From NCBI GenBank assembly GCA_951406725.2, contig OX597820.1, positions 111,662,001 through 111,726,000 on the forward strand: a stretch of 64,000 nucleotides of DNA, in the 5' to 3' direction. The position numbers were made by a program, and so were the translations under genes. Below the pieces are notes generated by a model. It saw only the letters and a program-made list of their open reading frames with translations, was not told the origin of the DNA and did no database searches. Source of the DNA: Octopus vulgaris. Taxonomy: Eukaryota. This document shows positions 12,025-25,270 of the stretch, piece after piece (the stretch's first letter is position 1; each line of letters begins with the position of its first letter).

Positions 12025-13265
12025 CTACAAATGAACATGATAACAAGACATTAATAGTAAAAAAAAAAAATTTAGGGGGATCACCAATTTGATAAGTATG
12101 CAATAATTTGTTTTCAAAGAAAAAAAAAAAAAGAAATTCAAAACAAAATTTCATATTCTAAATATTTGTGTGACACTATATAATCAGAAGAATAATAATT
12201 TTAAAACTAAAATCTCAGGTAAATTATCAAATTTAAAATCTATTTTATGTTTTTTTTTTCCCGAACAGTTTTAACAAAGCAAAGAAATGTTTAACCTCCT
12301 TCAGACTCAACAACACTATTCTTGCCCTTCCTCTTACTGCAACACCTTCTGGCATCTTCCCACCAACATCTTGCATGGACTCACTGTTAAACCTAGAGTT
12401 GCACTGATTAGTTAGCAAATAATCAGCTATATCAGCCATTTTATTGATTAATCGGTATCAGCTTAATTATCATCAGATTAATTGGCTTTGATAATCAGCC
12501 ATTCTTTGGGTATTTTATTTTTGATAGGCTTATATGCTGGATCAAGAAAACCATGGCTAATGGAGAAATTTGGAACACATACTGAATTCCAAATGTTAAA
12601 ATATATAAGAAACATATGTATTCTGCAGCCCTTGACTCCTACCCTCACCTACTCACCCCAATTTTTTCTCTGACCCATATTTATCATTGATCACCCTCAA
12701 TTATTGTTTATCATTCATTATATTCACCCTCCCCCATCCCATTTGTAAACATCTCTCCCTCTCCTGATAAATTTATGCAACCTCTACTTACCTGCATTTA
12801 CTTTTTTTGGTCCCCACTGCTATTCCTCCTTCTTGTACCTCATCACCACTATTTTATCCCACTATTCAGCTCCACCTCAGTTACTCTCACCCACTCTCCA
12901 ACAATGTGAGTAGCTATGTAACTCTTCTACGGCAAGAAACGGGCTTTGTTTTTACCATATCTTTCATACTTACACCCTTCATCATATAGCATAAAGCTAC
13001 CTCCCCCTCTGCTGTAGCTCCACTCAATTGATGGGGATTTTAGTTTTTGAGCAACACAGTAATTTCACTAGTGCTGGTGCCAAAAAAATGCACCCTGTAC
13101 ACTCTGTAAAGTAGATGTTAGGATAGGCAACCAACAATAGAAACCATACCAAAGCAGAAATTTGAGTATGATGGTTGTAACAGGTTTTGAGCCTATGACT
13201 TTGTAGTTGGGAATAAAACTGTTAAGTAGAATAAATAATACTTCAAAATATAGCAGTCAACTTAC

Positions 13266-13338
13266 CAACAATACGGACCCGTTCAGAAAATACAAATCTA
13301 CTTGCATGCTCTACACTGCGTATAATTTTCTCTAAGAC
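13266..13338 (-). CDS. SMG1: SMG1 coding exon (73 nt)
   Basis: tttttcag|GTC TTA...GTT G|gtaagt. VLEKIIRSVEHASRFVFSERVRIV, similar to human [24 protein letters not shown]. Phase 0 to 1. Confidence 0.9.
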
Positions 13339-14781
13339 CTGAAAAATAAAGTAAAATCATATATCATTGGCATTGACAAAATAAAAAACCTTCAGCTTGG
13401 CATCCACAAAACATTCCAATAGCATAATGTTTTTTCTTTCATCTCACTCTGTATTTTTTCTCACCAATACTCAAATTTCATATGCTTATAAAAATCAAAA
13501 CTTTATAGGAAGAATTCATCAAGCCATCAGATTCTCAGTTTCTCTATATCAACAAATGTATGATACATAACAAAGTACTCCACTCTCTCTCCCATTATCC
13601 CTCTGACTGGTTAACCATGTATCTCCTCTACAGCAACACATCCATTACTGGCCTCAGTCTTGATCACTCCTTCACTCTCCCTCTCTGATTGGGTAACCAT
13701 GTATCTCCTCTACAGCAAGACACATGTTTCTGTCTCTCTGTCACATTCTAACCCTCCATCATCTGGTACAAGATCATTTCCTCCAATATCACAAAGGATC
13801 TTTGGCTTGTAGGTTACTTAATGACCCAGCTAGCGCTGGTGCCATGTAAAAAGCATCAAGCCCACATTGTAAAGTGGTTAGCGTTTGGAAGGGCATCCAG
13901 CTGTTAAAAAAAAAACATGCTAAAACTGACTTCACCTATGCTAGTGCCACGTGAAAAGCACTCAGTCCACTTTGTGGAGTGGTTGGTGTTAGGAAGAGCA
14001 TTCAGGCGTAAAACCCATGCCAAAACAGACAGTGAAGCATGGTGCAGTCTTCTACCTAGCCAGCTCCTGTCAAACTGTCCAACCTATGCCAGCATGGAAA
14101 GATGTATGATGATGATGTTGAACACAGTTAAAACTGAACTTCTTTCACAGGATTTAGGTAATTTGCAGCAAACAGAACTGCTTTTAAAGAAGCACTAAAC
14201 TACAAATATATTCACACACATATCAACAGAGTTGAGCAGGCTGCAAAGCAACCACACTAAAGATGATGCTACAAATAAAGCATGTAGTACACAGTAAGGT
14301 GTTGGCATTATGAAGGAGATCCTGCCATAGAAACAATGCCAAAGCAAACATTAGAACTTGATGCAGCTCTTAGACTTGTCGGCTCCTATCAAACTGTCCA
14401 GCCCATGCCAATATGGATGTTAAATGATGATATTGATACACAATACATTCACACACATACACACTCTATACATTCAACCACATACACATTATATAAATAG
14501 ACAGAGATAAAAAAAATACCACTTGTCAAATCTGAAGTTTTCAACAATATTCAACTGTGTATAAGGCTGCTCTATTCCTAGTAACAGAGAAAGAAAGACA
14601 GAGAGATACGGGGGAAAGTGTGTGTGTGTGTGTGTGTGTATCTGTTTTGTGAGCATACATATCAGTGTGAGTCTTTTTTTATGTGTGCCTATGTCTATGT
14701 GCATCATTGTGTATATTCACAAAGTATACATTTTACATTATTTACATTTGATGGATATTTGTCCTCATTTTGTTTGTTGTT

Positions 14782-14824
14782 AAAACGTTTTGGCTGACAG
14801 ACCCTCCAGCCTTCATCAGGTGTC
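14782..14824 (-). ncRNA. Degenerate minimal type I hammerhead ribozyme (Penelope pLTR)
   Basis: GACAC-CTGATGA-A-GGCTG gagggtctgt CAGCC-AAAA-CGTT. Core GAAA is mutated to AAAA. Confidence 0.65.
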
Positions 14825-15552
14825 TTGGGTTCTCATTTTTCAATATTATTATTATTATTATTATTATTCAGGTCACTGCCTGGAATCAAACTCGGAATCT
14901 TGGGGTTAGTAACCACTACACCTTATGCCCGTGGACAATTATGGAGTGAATTTTAAGGCTTATAAATCTAATATTTTCCTATCATTCCTTAATATTGGTT
15001 CCAATATGCTATTCATATGTGTACTTTGTCTGCTTAGCAGGAGGTTGTGCCCTAGCATATGTGCTGCTGCTTTTAATTTTCATATTTTCCAGTGGTGCTC
15101 TCTGTCTATTATTTTAACTTCATCACACAGGAGGAAGTGGTCTCCATTTCTCCATGCGATTTATCAATATCTCCCTGTGTCACAGCTTTGCGATGTTCTT
15201 CTACCCTTATTTTGAGGGGGCAGCATGGGAGGGAGTACACACAGTTTTTAGTCATATTCTCTTCTATTGGTGGTTTTACTCAAAGGACATATTTGCAAAG
15301 TGTTGCATTACTCTTGAATGCTGTCTTGATGTCATATGGGTCGCATATTTTGTATCTTTCACATAGGGTAGATGGACTGTGGACAGTTTATTAGTTTCAT
15401 CCTCCCTTTTCAGTTCAACAGAATTCAAGAAACACAACAATTAATATCCACTTACGGAAAGCTCAAAAAACACATCCAGCCAAGGCAATGATGACGACAA
15501 CAACATCAACAAATACCTTAGGAATGAGAACCCAGATTCGAAATTTCTCCAA

Positions 15553-15595
15553 GACACCTGATGAAGGCTGGAGAATATATCAGTCGAAATGTGTT
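15553..15595 (+). ncRNA. Degenerate minimal type I hammerhead ribozyme (Penelope pLTR)
   Basis: GACAC-CTGATGA-A-GGCTG gagaatatat CAGTC-GAAA-T-GTGTT. Stem I GACAC/GTGTT and stem II intact; stem III CGT missing. Confidence 0.7.
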
Positions 15596-15979
15596 AACAA
15601 TAAACAAGATGAGGACAAATATCCGTCAAATGTAAATAATGTACATAATTCCTCATCTCTTAAATATAGAACTGTATTATCTAATTGGTACAGAACTAAC
15701 ATTAGACGTCAATGGAGACATATAGAGAAACTCCATCAAAAACTAGCTCGTCTTGCAAACCACCTAACTTTCCTGTGTAGATGTAGAGACTCAAAGCTAA
15801 TACCACCTGGCTCGAATATAATAACACCAGTGGATTCATATAAAGCTAGAAGAGTAGCAGAAAGGGCAGGACATGCCCTCGCCCTTGAGAGGATCCATTA
15901 CAACCATTGGAAAAGACATCAACTAAATAACGAAATCAAAGACAGGTTCTCTTCATTACTTAGGAAAATGATCAGAGAT

Positions 15980-16226
15980 GATGATATATATACATATATG
16001 TATATATATATTTATATGTATATATATATATGTATATGTGTATATATATATGTATATGTGTGTGTATATATATATATGTATATGTGTGTGTATATATATA
16101 TATGTGTGTGTGTGTGTATATATGTGTGTGTGTGTATATATGTATATATGTGTATATATATATATATATGTGTGTGTGTATATATGTGTGTGTGTATATA
16201 TATGTGTGTGTGTGTGTATATGTGTG

Positions 16227-16261
<35 letters not shown>

Positions 16262-16262
16262 G

Positions 16263-16299
<37 letters not shown>

Positions 16300-16303
16300 A
16301 TAT
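15980..16303. repeat. Compound (TA)n/(TG)n microsatellite
   Basis: Direct reading. It truncates the Penelope ORF and produces spurious YICV ORFs. Confidence 0.95.
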
Positions 16304-17385
16304 GAATTCAACTACATTTTGTTTTGTTTCTACTTTGTTTTATTTCATCGGTTATCAACTAACCAACTATAACTGAGGCAAAGAAATTCAAGACAATTGA
16401 TGACCAATTAGATTAAGTAACTCAACAAAAATAACGTCTAAATTATCTTCCCATCACTGCAGAAGCCTTTCAAGTGGCTTTTTCTTATCTCTTTGGATAC
16501 CACTCAGCAATGCATAGGTCCACATGTTGTCTGTGAAAATTGCAACAAGTCTGACCCAGTGGACCTTGTGCTTTCAATATTCTGTAATCATGACATTCAC
16601 TCTGCTTTGTTTTGGATATTTTCTTGCAATAATATTCCTAGTATGGATCCTTCCATGGCTCTTTGCACTGAGGCCAATAAATGTTTTTCTTTCAGTTTCT
16701 ATCAACCAAATTCACATACAAGGACTTGTTTGACCCAGGGCTATAGTAGAAAACACTTATCCAAGATACCATGCAGTGCAACTGAACCAAAAACCATGTT
16801 GATGGGAAGGAACTTCTCAATCACATAGCTATGCCTATCCTCTTTACTGGTATATACCAGTCTTATATATAGCTAATCTATATATATCTCTTCATATATA
16901 TATATGTTGGTATTTGCATATATATAACTCCATCTTTACATTGCAGGAAATTTTTTTGTTTTTCAGGGCTAGAATCTCTTTCTAACAATAACATTGTCAT
17001 TATTAAGCTGATGTTTAGAACATAATGTAACATGAAATTCTGATGAACGGTTTTAATTTAAATCACTATAAAACAGATGCTTGTCTCATAGGACCAGGGG
17101 CAGTCTCAGGTGGGTGGGTATCAAAAGGGAATAAATCATACTGTACCGTCTTTACAAAAATAAAAAGGACATTGGATAATGTAAAACTAGAAGGGAAAGA
17201 CAAGCATGCCTTTGATCACAAGTCTGCTCAACTAGAGTCAACCTAGGTTTAAAAAGAAACAACAGACCCAGCTTCAATGGAAATTAGTTTTAGAACCTTT
17301 TATCTTTGTATATAATGCAGAGTACATTAACTACTAAGTCAGGAATTAGATAAATTCAGAAACAAAAATGAAGTTTTACACCTAC

Positions 17386-17562
17386 TTCCGATATATATTC
17401 CTTTGATATAGTTGACCCTTTGTTTGGTGAGAAACTATCTCCAAGACTTCTAACGACTGTTGTAAAAACTTTGAGTAATGCAGAAATTTTAGTATTGCAC
17501 TCTGATACGGCTGGGATCTCGTCCTCAGTCATTATTTGTCCATTCACTTGCAGGTTCAAGTC
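17386..17562 (-). CDS. SMG1: SMG1 coding exon (177 nt)
   Basis: ttttcaag|GAC TTG...TCG GAA|gtaggt. Contains KISALLKVFTTVVRSLGDSFSPNKGSTISKEYISE, similar to human [35 protein letters not shown]. Confidence 0.95.
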
Positions 17563-18418
17563 CTTGAAAAAAAAAATCATAGAAAACAACATATAAGGAA
17601 ATGCATTCAACAAAATTGTTACAGCTTGGTCATTTTCAGTCAGTCATTTAAAATACACATACTGTAATATATATTCAATACTTTCTTTTTAAAACAATTT
17701 GTTGTACTAAAGTCTTTTATTATACATCTATCTCAAATCCAGCTTGCTTATTATCGCGGTATATCCCTTTCTAAACAACTACAATAAAAGTAATTCTATG
17801 GAGGGACTGCAGCCTAAAATGTAAACCAAAGTTATGTTAATGAGAATCATCTCAAATCTCAAACAAAACTAAATTATCACTATCAAGAGCAAGAGAGAGG
17901 GGGGAATTAATAGAAAGATATATTGTAAAAAATTTTGAGTTATAGAGTTAGTTTTCTTCAAAGAAATATACAATTTGTACTGCTATAACAACTTCAAAGC
18001 TTGCTAACTCTGGACAGAGCACATACACAAGCATGGTAAATACTGAACTTGTTGGTTGACAGAGGTCAAACTGTTAGAAACATATAAATCAGAAACAATT
18101 TTATGTAACTAATCAAGGAGTAATTCCTTCAGTTCTATACCATGACATCCAAACTCATATAATTCTTTCTTTTCTCTTACAGACAATTCCTCAATCAGTC
18201 TCAGTCATATTACAACCACTGAATTAAAACTTTTATTAAATCTCTCTTCATCATGACAATAAGTCAAGTTTATCCTTCCATTCACTAATTTCAATTAGTT
18301 ATTCTTATATCCCAGCTTAGGAGGCATCAGACTGCTTCTCATCTTCACACACACACAAACACAAAACAAAAATGGAATTGCTGGAATATAAAAGAAATGT
18401 TGAAAGAAGAAAATTTTA

Positions 18419-18817
<399 letters not shown>

Positions 18818-19683
18818 CTACATCAAAGATACAAGGACAAAAAGAAATCAGCAACAAATGATGACAAAATTCATCAGTAGCTCTAAGAAGCTTGATTTTT
18901 CTATTTTCTTCTCAAAAATTAAAATAATAAATTCTTTCAACTTGGCACTGCAATCTTTTATCTGATAATAATAAAACTTGTAATAGAGTGAACAATTTCC
19001 AGCATATCATTTCAAGACAGGAACCAGCAACACCATATCATTACAGTAACATACATATACATAGTGTAGCTGCTGAATGTCAGAATGATGTACATCATCT
19101 TGTGTCACAAAGCATAAAAGCCACGAGTTTGGATTACTGTAGGTAACCAAACTTCTACTTCCAAAATCTGAAAAGCATCAAAAACCAACGGACTATATCA
19201 ATTAACACCTGAGGCAAGGTATGAAGATAAACTCCCATCAAGAGCACTTTGTAATTTAGTTTGTGTGTGTGAGAGAGAGAGAGAAAGGGAGAGAGAGAGA
19301 GAGAGAGAAAGGGGGAGAGAGAGAGAGAAAGAATGTATTTGTTTGTGTCTCCTTGCCTTACAAATGAGTGCCACTGTCAAACAAGCAGAGGCACTCATTT
19401 CCGATATTTTGCAAAAATATGTCAGGCCATAGAGAAATATTACCTTGTTTACAAATAAGTGAGAGTTGGCAACAAGAAGGGCATCCAACCATGAAAAGAC
19501 GTCTCAATGAATTCCTCCTAATTCATCCGAGCACAGAAATATGAATGTAAAATGATGAGTAGGGTGTAACTTGAGCAAGATTTGGTGGCTTTTTTCTACA
19601 TAGAGTGAAACAATGCAGAACCATAAACACTATCAAGCAAATACCAGCGTGAAGGAACACATGTACAAGGTAAAGCAACTTAC

Positions 19684-19809
19684 CCTAAAGTGAGAGTTGA
19701 ACACATGGGGGTAGACCTTTGAAAGCTGCTGGATTATGTTGACAACAGCAATGAGAATCTCAGCACTGTCAGCATTTTCCAACAATGTCTGCACATTAGC
19801 CATTACATT
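19684..19809 (-). CDS. SMG1: SMG1 coding exon (126 nt)
   Basis: ctcttcag|AAT GTA...TTT AGG|gtaagt. NVMANVQTLLENADSAEILIAVVNIIQQLSKVYPHVFNSHFR, similar to human LVMTSLQSILENVDTPELL...YPHIFSTNFR. Confidence 0.94.
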
Positions 19810-20538
19810 CTGAAGAGAAAAAAAAATAAAAGGGGAAAAGTAACGATGAGAAAAATTTGAGAGTGTATCATATATATATGTGTGTGTGTGCGCGCGCGCA
19901 CATGCACATATGCACGTGTAAACATACACGTAGGCACAAACATGGATGTGTGGTTAAGAAGTTCACTTCTCAGCTATGTGGCTTCAGGTTGTTTAGTCTT
20001 ACCTTAGACAAGTGACTTCTACCACACCCTCAGGCTAACCAATGCATTGTGAAGGAATTTGGTAGAACAGAAACTGGAAGGCTTTTGAGAGGAAGAGTTT
20101 CTGGCCATAAAAATCCTGTTTCAGTTATCTCTTGCCTAAGCCATGCGGCTATGGAAAAATAGGTGTCAAATACCTGTCGTTGATTGTATAATTACATTAA
20201 CTCTTTCTTGGGAGCCACATTCAAAGTATTATTATATATATATAATTTACTCCTCCTGTATGTGTGTAGTTTATAATAGAAAAACATGTAATAATTGACA
20301 TAGAAAAAAGATCAATTTCATATACAAACTTCTATTTGTTTATTATATGACAATAATAAGCGAGTTGTATGTGTTATTTATCAATACACTAATGGCAATT
20401 ATATAATACATTTCATTTAAATAGGTAATTTACTCATTATTGACTGTAACGCTAGTAATGGCAAATTAAGTTATTAAAGTATTCATGTTGCATTAAGAGT
20501 GAATATTTGTTTATAAACAATGTTTTTTGTTTTATTTC

Positions 20539-21765
20539 AAGCTATGGACACATAAGAAGTGCAGCAATATCAACGGAAGGCTAACTGGGCAGGAGCAATA
20601 AACACTGGAAATGTGCAGAGAACAACTTCTGTTACCAAGGTGACCAAGCCAGTAGTAGCGGAGGATGCTCTGAAAGTGTAGCTGCTAGAATAAGAATAGC
20701 CTAGGCCAAATTCAGAGAGCTCCTACCTCTGCTGGTGATGAAGGGCCTCTCGCTAAGAGTAAAAGGTAGACTGTATGACGCATGTATACGAACAGCCAGG
20801 CTACATGGCAGTGAAACATGAACCGTGACTGCTGAGGACAAGCATAATCTTGCAAGGAATGAAGCTAGTATGCTCCACTGGATTAGTAATGTCAGTGTGC
20901 ATACACGACAGAGTGTAAGCGCCTTGAGAGAAAAGTTGGACCTAAGAAGCATCAGATGTGGTGTGCAAGAGAGACAACTGCACTGGTATGGTCATTTGGT
21001 GCGAATGGATGAGGACAGCTGTGTGAAAAAGTGTCACACTCTAGCAGTTAAGGGAATCTGTGGAAGCGGTAGACCCAGGAAGACCTGGGATGAGGTGGTG
21101 AAGCACAACCTTCGAACATTGGGCCTCACCAAAGCAATGACTAGTGACTGAGACCTTTGGAAATATGTTGTGCTTGAGAAGACCCGGCAAACCAAGTGAG
21201 ACCATAACCCATGGCCTATGCCAGTAGTGTAACCAGCCTACTTATGCGTACCTTTCTTTTGTTGGACACTAAACTTCGCTTGCGAAGACCTGTTGAGGCA
21301 AGTGAAATCACAATCAAAATCATTGACGTAGCCAAAGAGAGCATTGCCTGACTGGCACCTGTGCCAGTGGAACGTTAAAAGCACCATCCGAGCATGATCA
21401 TTGCCAGGGCTGCTAACTGGCTCCCGTGCCAGTGGCACATAAAAAGCACCATTCGAGCGTGATTGTTACTAGCGTCACCTTACTGGCACATGAAAAACAA
21501 CATTCAAGCAAGGTTGTTGCTAGTGCCACTGGACTGGCTCCTGTGCAGGTGGCACATAAAAAAAACACCATTTGAGCATGACCATTGCCAGTACCGCTTG
21601 ACTGGCCCTTGTGTTGGTGGCATGTAAAAAGCACCCACTACACTCTTGGAGTGGTTGGTGTTAGGAAGGGCATCCAGCTGTAGAAACTCTGTCAGATCAG
21701 ATTGGAGCCTGGTGCAGGCCTCAGTCAAACCTATGCCAGCATGGAAAGTGGACGTTAAACGATGA

Positions 21766-21768
<3 letters not shown>
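20539..21768 (+). mobile_element. 5'-truncated RTE LINE
   Basis: LWTHKKCSN..., KGRLYDACIRT, RQLHWYGH, GRPRKTW, 3' UTR repeat units, (GAT)n tail running into (TA)n. Confidence 0.93.
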
Positions 21769-21808
<40 letters not shown>

Positions 21809-21976
21809 GACACACTGTTTATAAGCAGTATCAGAAACATGAAAAAGATGATGATAAGGAACAATGTAAAAGTGCTTTAGTAATAGTCTGAGTATACACA
21901 CACAATAGAAACCAGAATTCTACCTATAAGAATACAAGAATCCCCCCCAAAAATTAAAAAACAAACATTATGTTAC

Positions 21977-22024
21977 CTGCATGAAATCAGCTAATGTTTG
22001 CTTCTTCTCATCACATTTCAAAGT
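21977..22024 (-). CDS. SMG1: SMG1 coding exon (48 nt)
   Basis: ttttttctacag|ACT TTG...ATG CAG|gtaaca. TLKCDEKKQTLADFMQ, similar to human ALETVGEKKAFSSVMQ (same length). Phase 0 to 0. Confidence 0.85.
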
Positions 22025-22789
22025 CTGTAGAAAAAAGGAAAAAAAGGGAAAGAATAAGTGAAATTATTAACTACCTAAATTAGATTGCATAAGGAATGAT
22101 GAAATAAATAAGATTTAGATTTCCTTTATGATGGTCATTTTGTTATGAGTTTGCAACACCATTTACAAGGAGGGGAAACCCAGATCAACCCTGACTGAGT
22201 ATACCTTTGATCAAAAGCATTTCAGCTGTGCCCACATTCACTGCTTAGTCAAATACAGTGTATACTTAGGATTACATAATTCAATGTATCCTTTTTTAAC
22301 ACAACTCAGTGTCTGTTTCTAGCGGGTTGAGCAACCACATACAGGCCCTATCAATGCTTGCTTAATCACTGCAAAACCTGGTTAAAAGTCAATTCATAAC
22401 AGATGTTCTAGGTTTAAATCTCATAGGAATTTACTTTCATCTCTTTGGTATAGTAATATGAGTTGACTCAATCAACAATACCCACACACTTAGTAAACTC
22501 ACTATGTGACTTGGTTTCCATTCCATGTTGTAAGCATTTCACTTCATTTACCTCAAAAATACTTTTGAGAAAGAGACAAAATACAATCTCTCCCATACAA
22601 ATACACGGCCTTGTGTTTCAAAACAAAATGATGGAAGTTGGTACTTAGGAGGGCAAGCACCAGAAATGTAAGCACCCTGTAAATTGATTAGTGACTCAAT
22701 ACCTTTAGAAAAGGAATGAACATCACATCCTTTTACTCTTTGCTAAATATCTCAGATTTTATAATGTAAAAAGTAAAATTATGAAAATG

Positions 22790-23330
22790 CAACAGGAAAA
22801 ATTGGTCTGCTGACAAACTGTATCATCTCTCTTTGTCTCTTCCACCAAAATCCACATCTGTCAAAGAGCAACCGACTGAAGTCAAACTTACTGCCATCAC
22901 TCCTAACCTCACCTGGAGTACAAGCTCTCCACCAAGCATTTCCAATATGACCTACACCTAGACAGCTTACCAAATGGTTTGACTAATTCTTCTTCCTTAA
23001 TGAGAAAGAGACTGATTGGCATAAACTCATTCAGTCACACTCCAGGCTCTGGTCCACAAGTAAACTGAATCCTCTCTCTACCCTTTTTACTGATACTATA
23101 ATGGCCTCTGTTTTTGGAGTTACATGGATTTGTGACTCATGCATCTCCAATCCACTTGTCTTTCCTCCCCTCTTCACTTTTCTTGTGTCTAACTGTCTAG
23201 GCCCAAAATTCATCACTACATCCTGCTTTCCTGGAACATGGACCCTTTTATCTCCTCCCAGCAGATGCTGACTTGCAACAGTTTAATGGTATTTATCTCA
23301 TTGAATTCAGAAGGCCAGTTCCTTCCACCA
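22790..23330 (+). mobile_element. Old decayed LINE (CR1/Jockey-group) 3' remnant
   Basis: Fragments resembling SLSTLF/Y..YYNGLC and ITPNLTW; heavily frameshifted. Confidence 0.35.
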
Positions 23331-24348
23331 GAACATAAATTTAAAAAAATAAAATAAAAACCTCATATCCAGCTGAAATTTGTCATCTACCCATATAACT
23401 TCATTCAACTAAGCCCCTTCAATGATTGACAAAGAACATTAATCCCATCTAATTACCCTTATATGCCAGTAAAAGAGATTGGAAAAAAAAACTTTCTCAA
23501 ATCTTAAAAAAAAAAAAGAGGGGAGGGCAGTTTTCTACTTCCATGGCTTCTTCAAATAATGATTTCTAAAATTAGCACAAGGCCTGAAATTGCTAGAGGA
23601 AGAGTATAGAGAATTGAATCTACCATCTACATTACTATACTCAATTTCAATTAACTTTGAATAGATAGAAGACAAAAGAAAAAAAAGTGATCCTAGCTAG
23701 ATTTGAACTCAGCATGGAAGGACATAGCTAAATACTGCACAATATTTGGTGGTCCTTTGTTTTTGCACCTTTACTAGCTTGCGGTATCTTAAAACGATGA
23801 CTAAAAGCCTATTAAAGCTCTTAAAGAGGGTCTTCAGATAATAGTGATTTTAGTACAAGCCTCTTGCATTAAGTGAGAGATAAATCTTTTTATTGGATAG
23901 GACATAATATTCCCAAATGAATTTAGACTATGTCAGTGTTCTGATTGAAATAAATGAATAAAATACTAGGAACAGATTTAAACTCACTGATCTATGAGCA
24001 AGTAATCCCAATATATTATATCTTTTGTCATCCTAGTTTACTATAGCTTCTGAGCCTCCAAAATATAAATGAACTTTTACAATGACAAATGTTATTTTTA
24101 ATAACAATTTGCAGTTTAATAAACTTAATGATGTTTCATATAACAGTATTGCTGCTCAAGCAGGTTTATCTAGAGCTTCAACATAAACAACAGAGCAGCC
24201 ATCAGCCACCAAGTAATGTGCAGCAATAGTGACAGACTAAAGTAAAGCACATCCAGTATGTCGAGTGTGAATGTCAATGAGTAGCCTGAGTAGAAAGAAA
24301 AAAAAGAAGATTGAAATGATTTTAAACATTGACTGGGGTTGTACTTAC

Positions 24349-24430
24349 CTCAAGTAATGCTAGAAGAAACAGCTGCCTGATGTCATCATCTGTGGCACTG
24401 TTGGTTTGGGCAAACAACCATTGGAAATAT
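24349..24430 (-). CDS. SMG1: SMG1 coding exon (82 nt)
   Basis: tttgcag|A TAT TTC...CTT GAG|gtaagt. YFQWLFAQTNSATDDDIRQLFLLALLE, similar to human IFKWIFSKFSSSAKDEVKLLYLCATYK. Phase 2 to 0. Confidence 0.9.
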
Positions 24431-24476
24431 CTGCAAACATATAAATGGAATAACATTTAATGCTATTTCTGAAAGT

Positions 24477-24510
<34 letters not shown>

Positions 24511-24789
24511 AGCCATAGTATTTTCCTAATATTTAAATATCTTCATCTTTCTAGACTTGAAGTCAAAATTATAACAGTTAATATTTCAAGCTACGTAACT
24601 CCACAATCTACACACATTTTCTAAAATCATTCTTACACTTGGTATTCAATATTAGATAGTTACAAACAATTTGTCTTAGTATTTAGATTTAAGGAAATAG
24701 TTTAAAAGGATAAATATAAATTGGTTCATATAAGGTCAATCACAAAAGGAAACTTCTATTAGATGATAGAAGTTAATAGCAGTACTTAC

Positions 24790-24867
24790 CTATCAGCATT
24801 TGGTCCCATTATACTGCCTACTGTTCCAATACATAAAGCAACCTCATACTTTATTTCTTTATAGATT
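24790..24867 (-). CDS. SMG1: SMG1 coding exon (78 nt)
   Basis: cctgtag|A ATC...GAT AG|gtaagt. IYKEIKYEVALCIGTVGSIMGPNAD(R), similar to human LQELRQEGACCLGLLCASLSYEAEK. Phase 2 to 2. Confidence 0.88.
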
Positions 24868-25270
24868 CTACAGGAGGTAAATGGAGACAAAATGTTAGTA
24901 AAAATTTGATTAAAGGAACCAAAGTATTTACTTATGGTTATTTAATTCTAACTAATGATTACTAAAGTTTTTAATCAATTATTAATCAAAATGGTAGAAT
25001 ACTAACAAGGATTTCAGGCTCCACTATATCTATTGAACTACTCCAGCCACTCTAAACAAGGTAAATTACTTGTTTCAGTCAATCTGGCTGAGAAGAAAAG
25101 TTAATATTAAAAAAAGGACATCTTATAACATTAACCTCTTCACTATTAAAAGGTAAGCAATAACATATTCACCTGCTTCTATCAAGTAAAACATTCAGTG
25201 ACAAATAATCAGAAAGTATTTCATCAATACAATTCTATAGTTGTGAGATGCAGAATTCATATTATGTATA

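Larger units (their letters stand above)
14735..15975. mobile_element. Penelope-like element remnant with inverted pseudo-LTRs
   Basis: Minus ~15410-14965: decayed GIY-YIG region (VHLPYVK...NCVYSLPC...LKIRVEEHRK...DEVKIIDREHHWKI) plus pLTR to ~14735. Plus 15500-15670: second pLTR, then Penelope N-terminal domain KLARLANHLTFLCRCRDSKLIPPG. Confidence 0.88.

Noticed and set aside
15488-16372. 294-aa ORF as a host gene
   Set aside because: Chimera of read-through Penelope pLTR, Penelope N-terminal domain and microsatellite.
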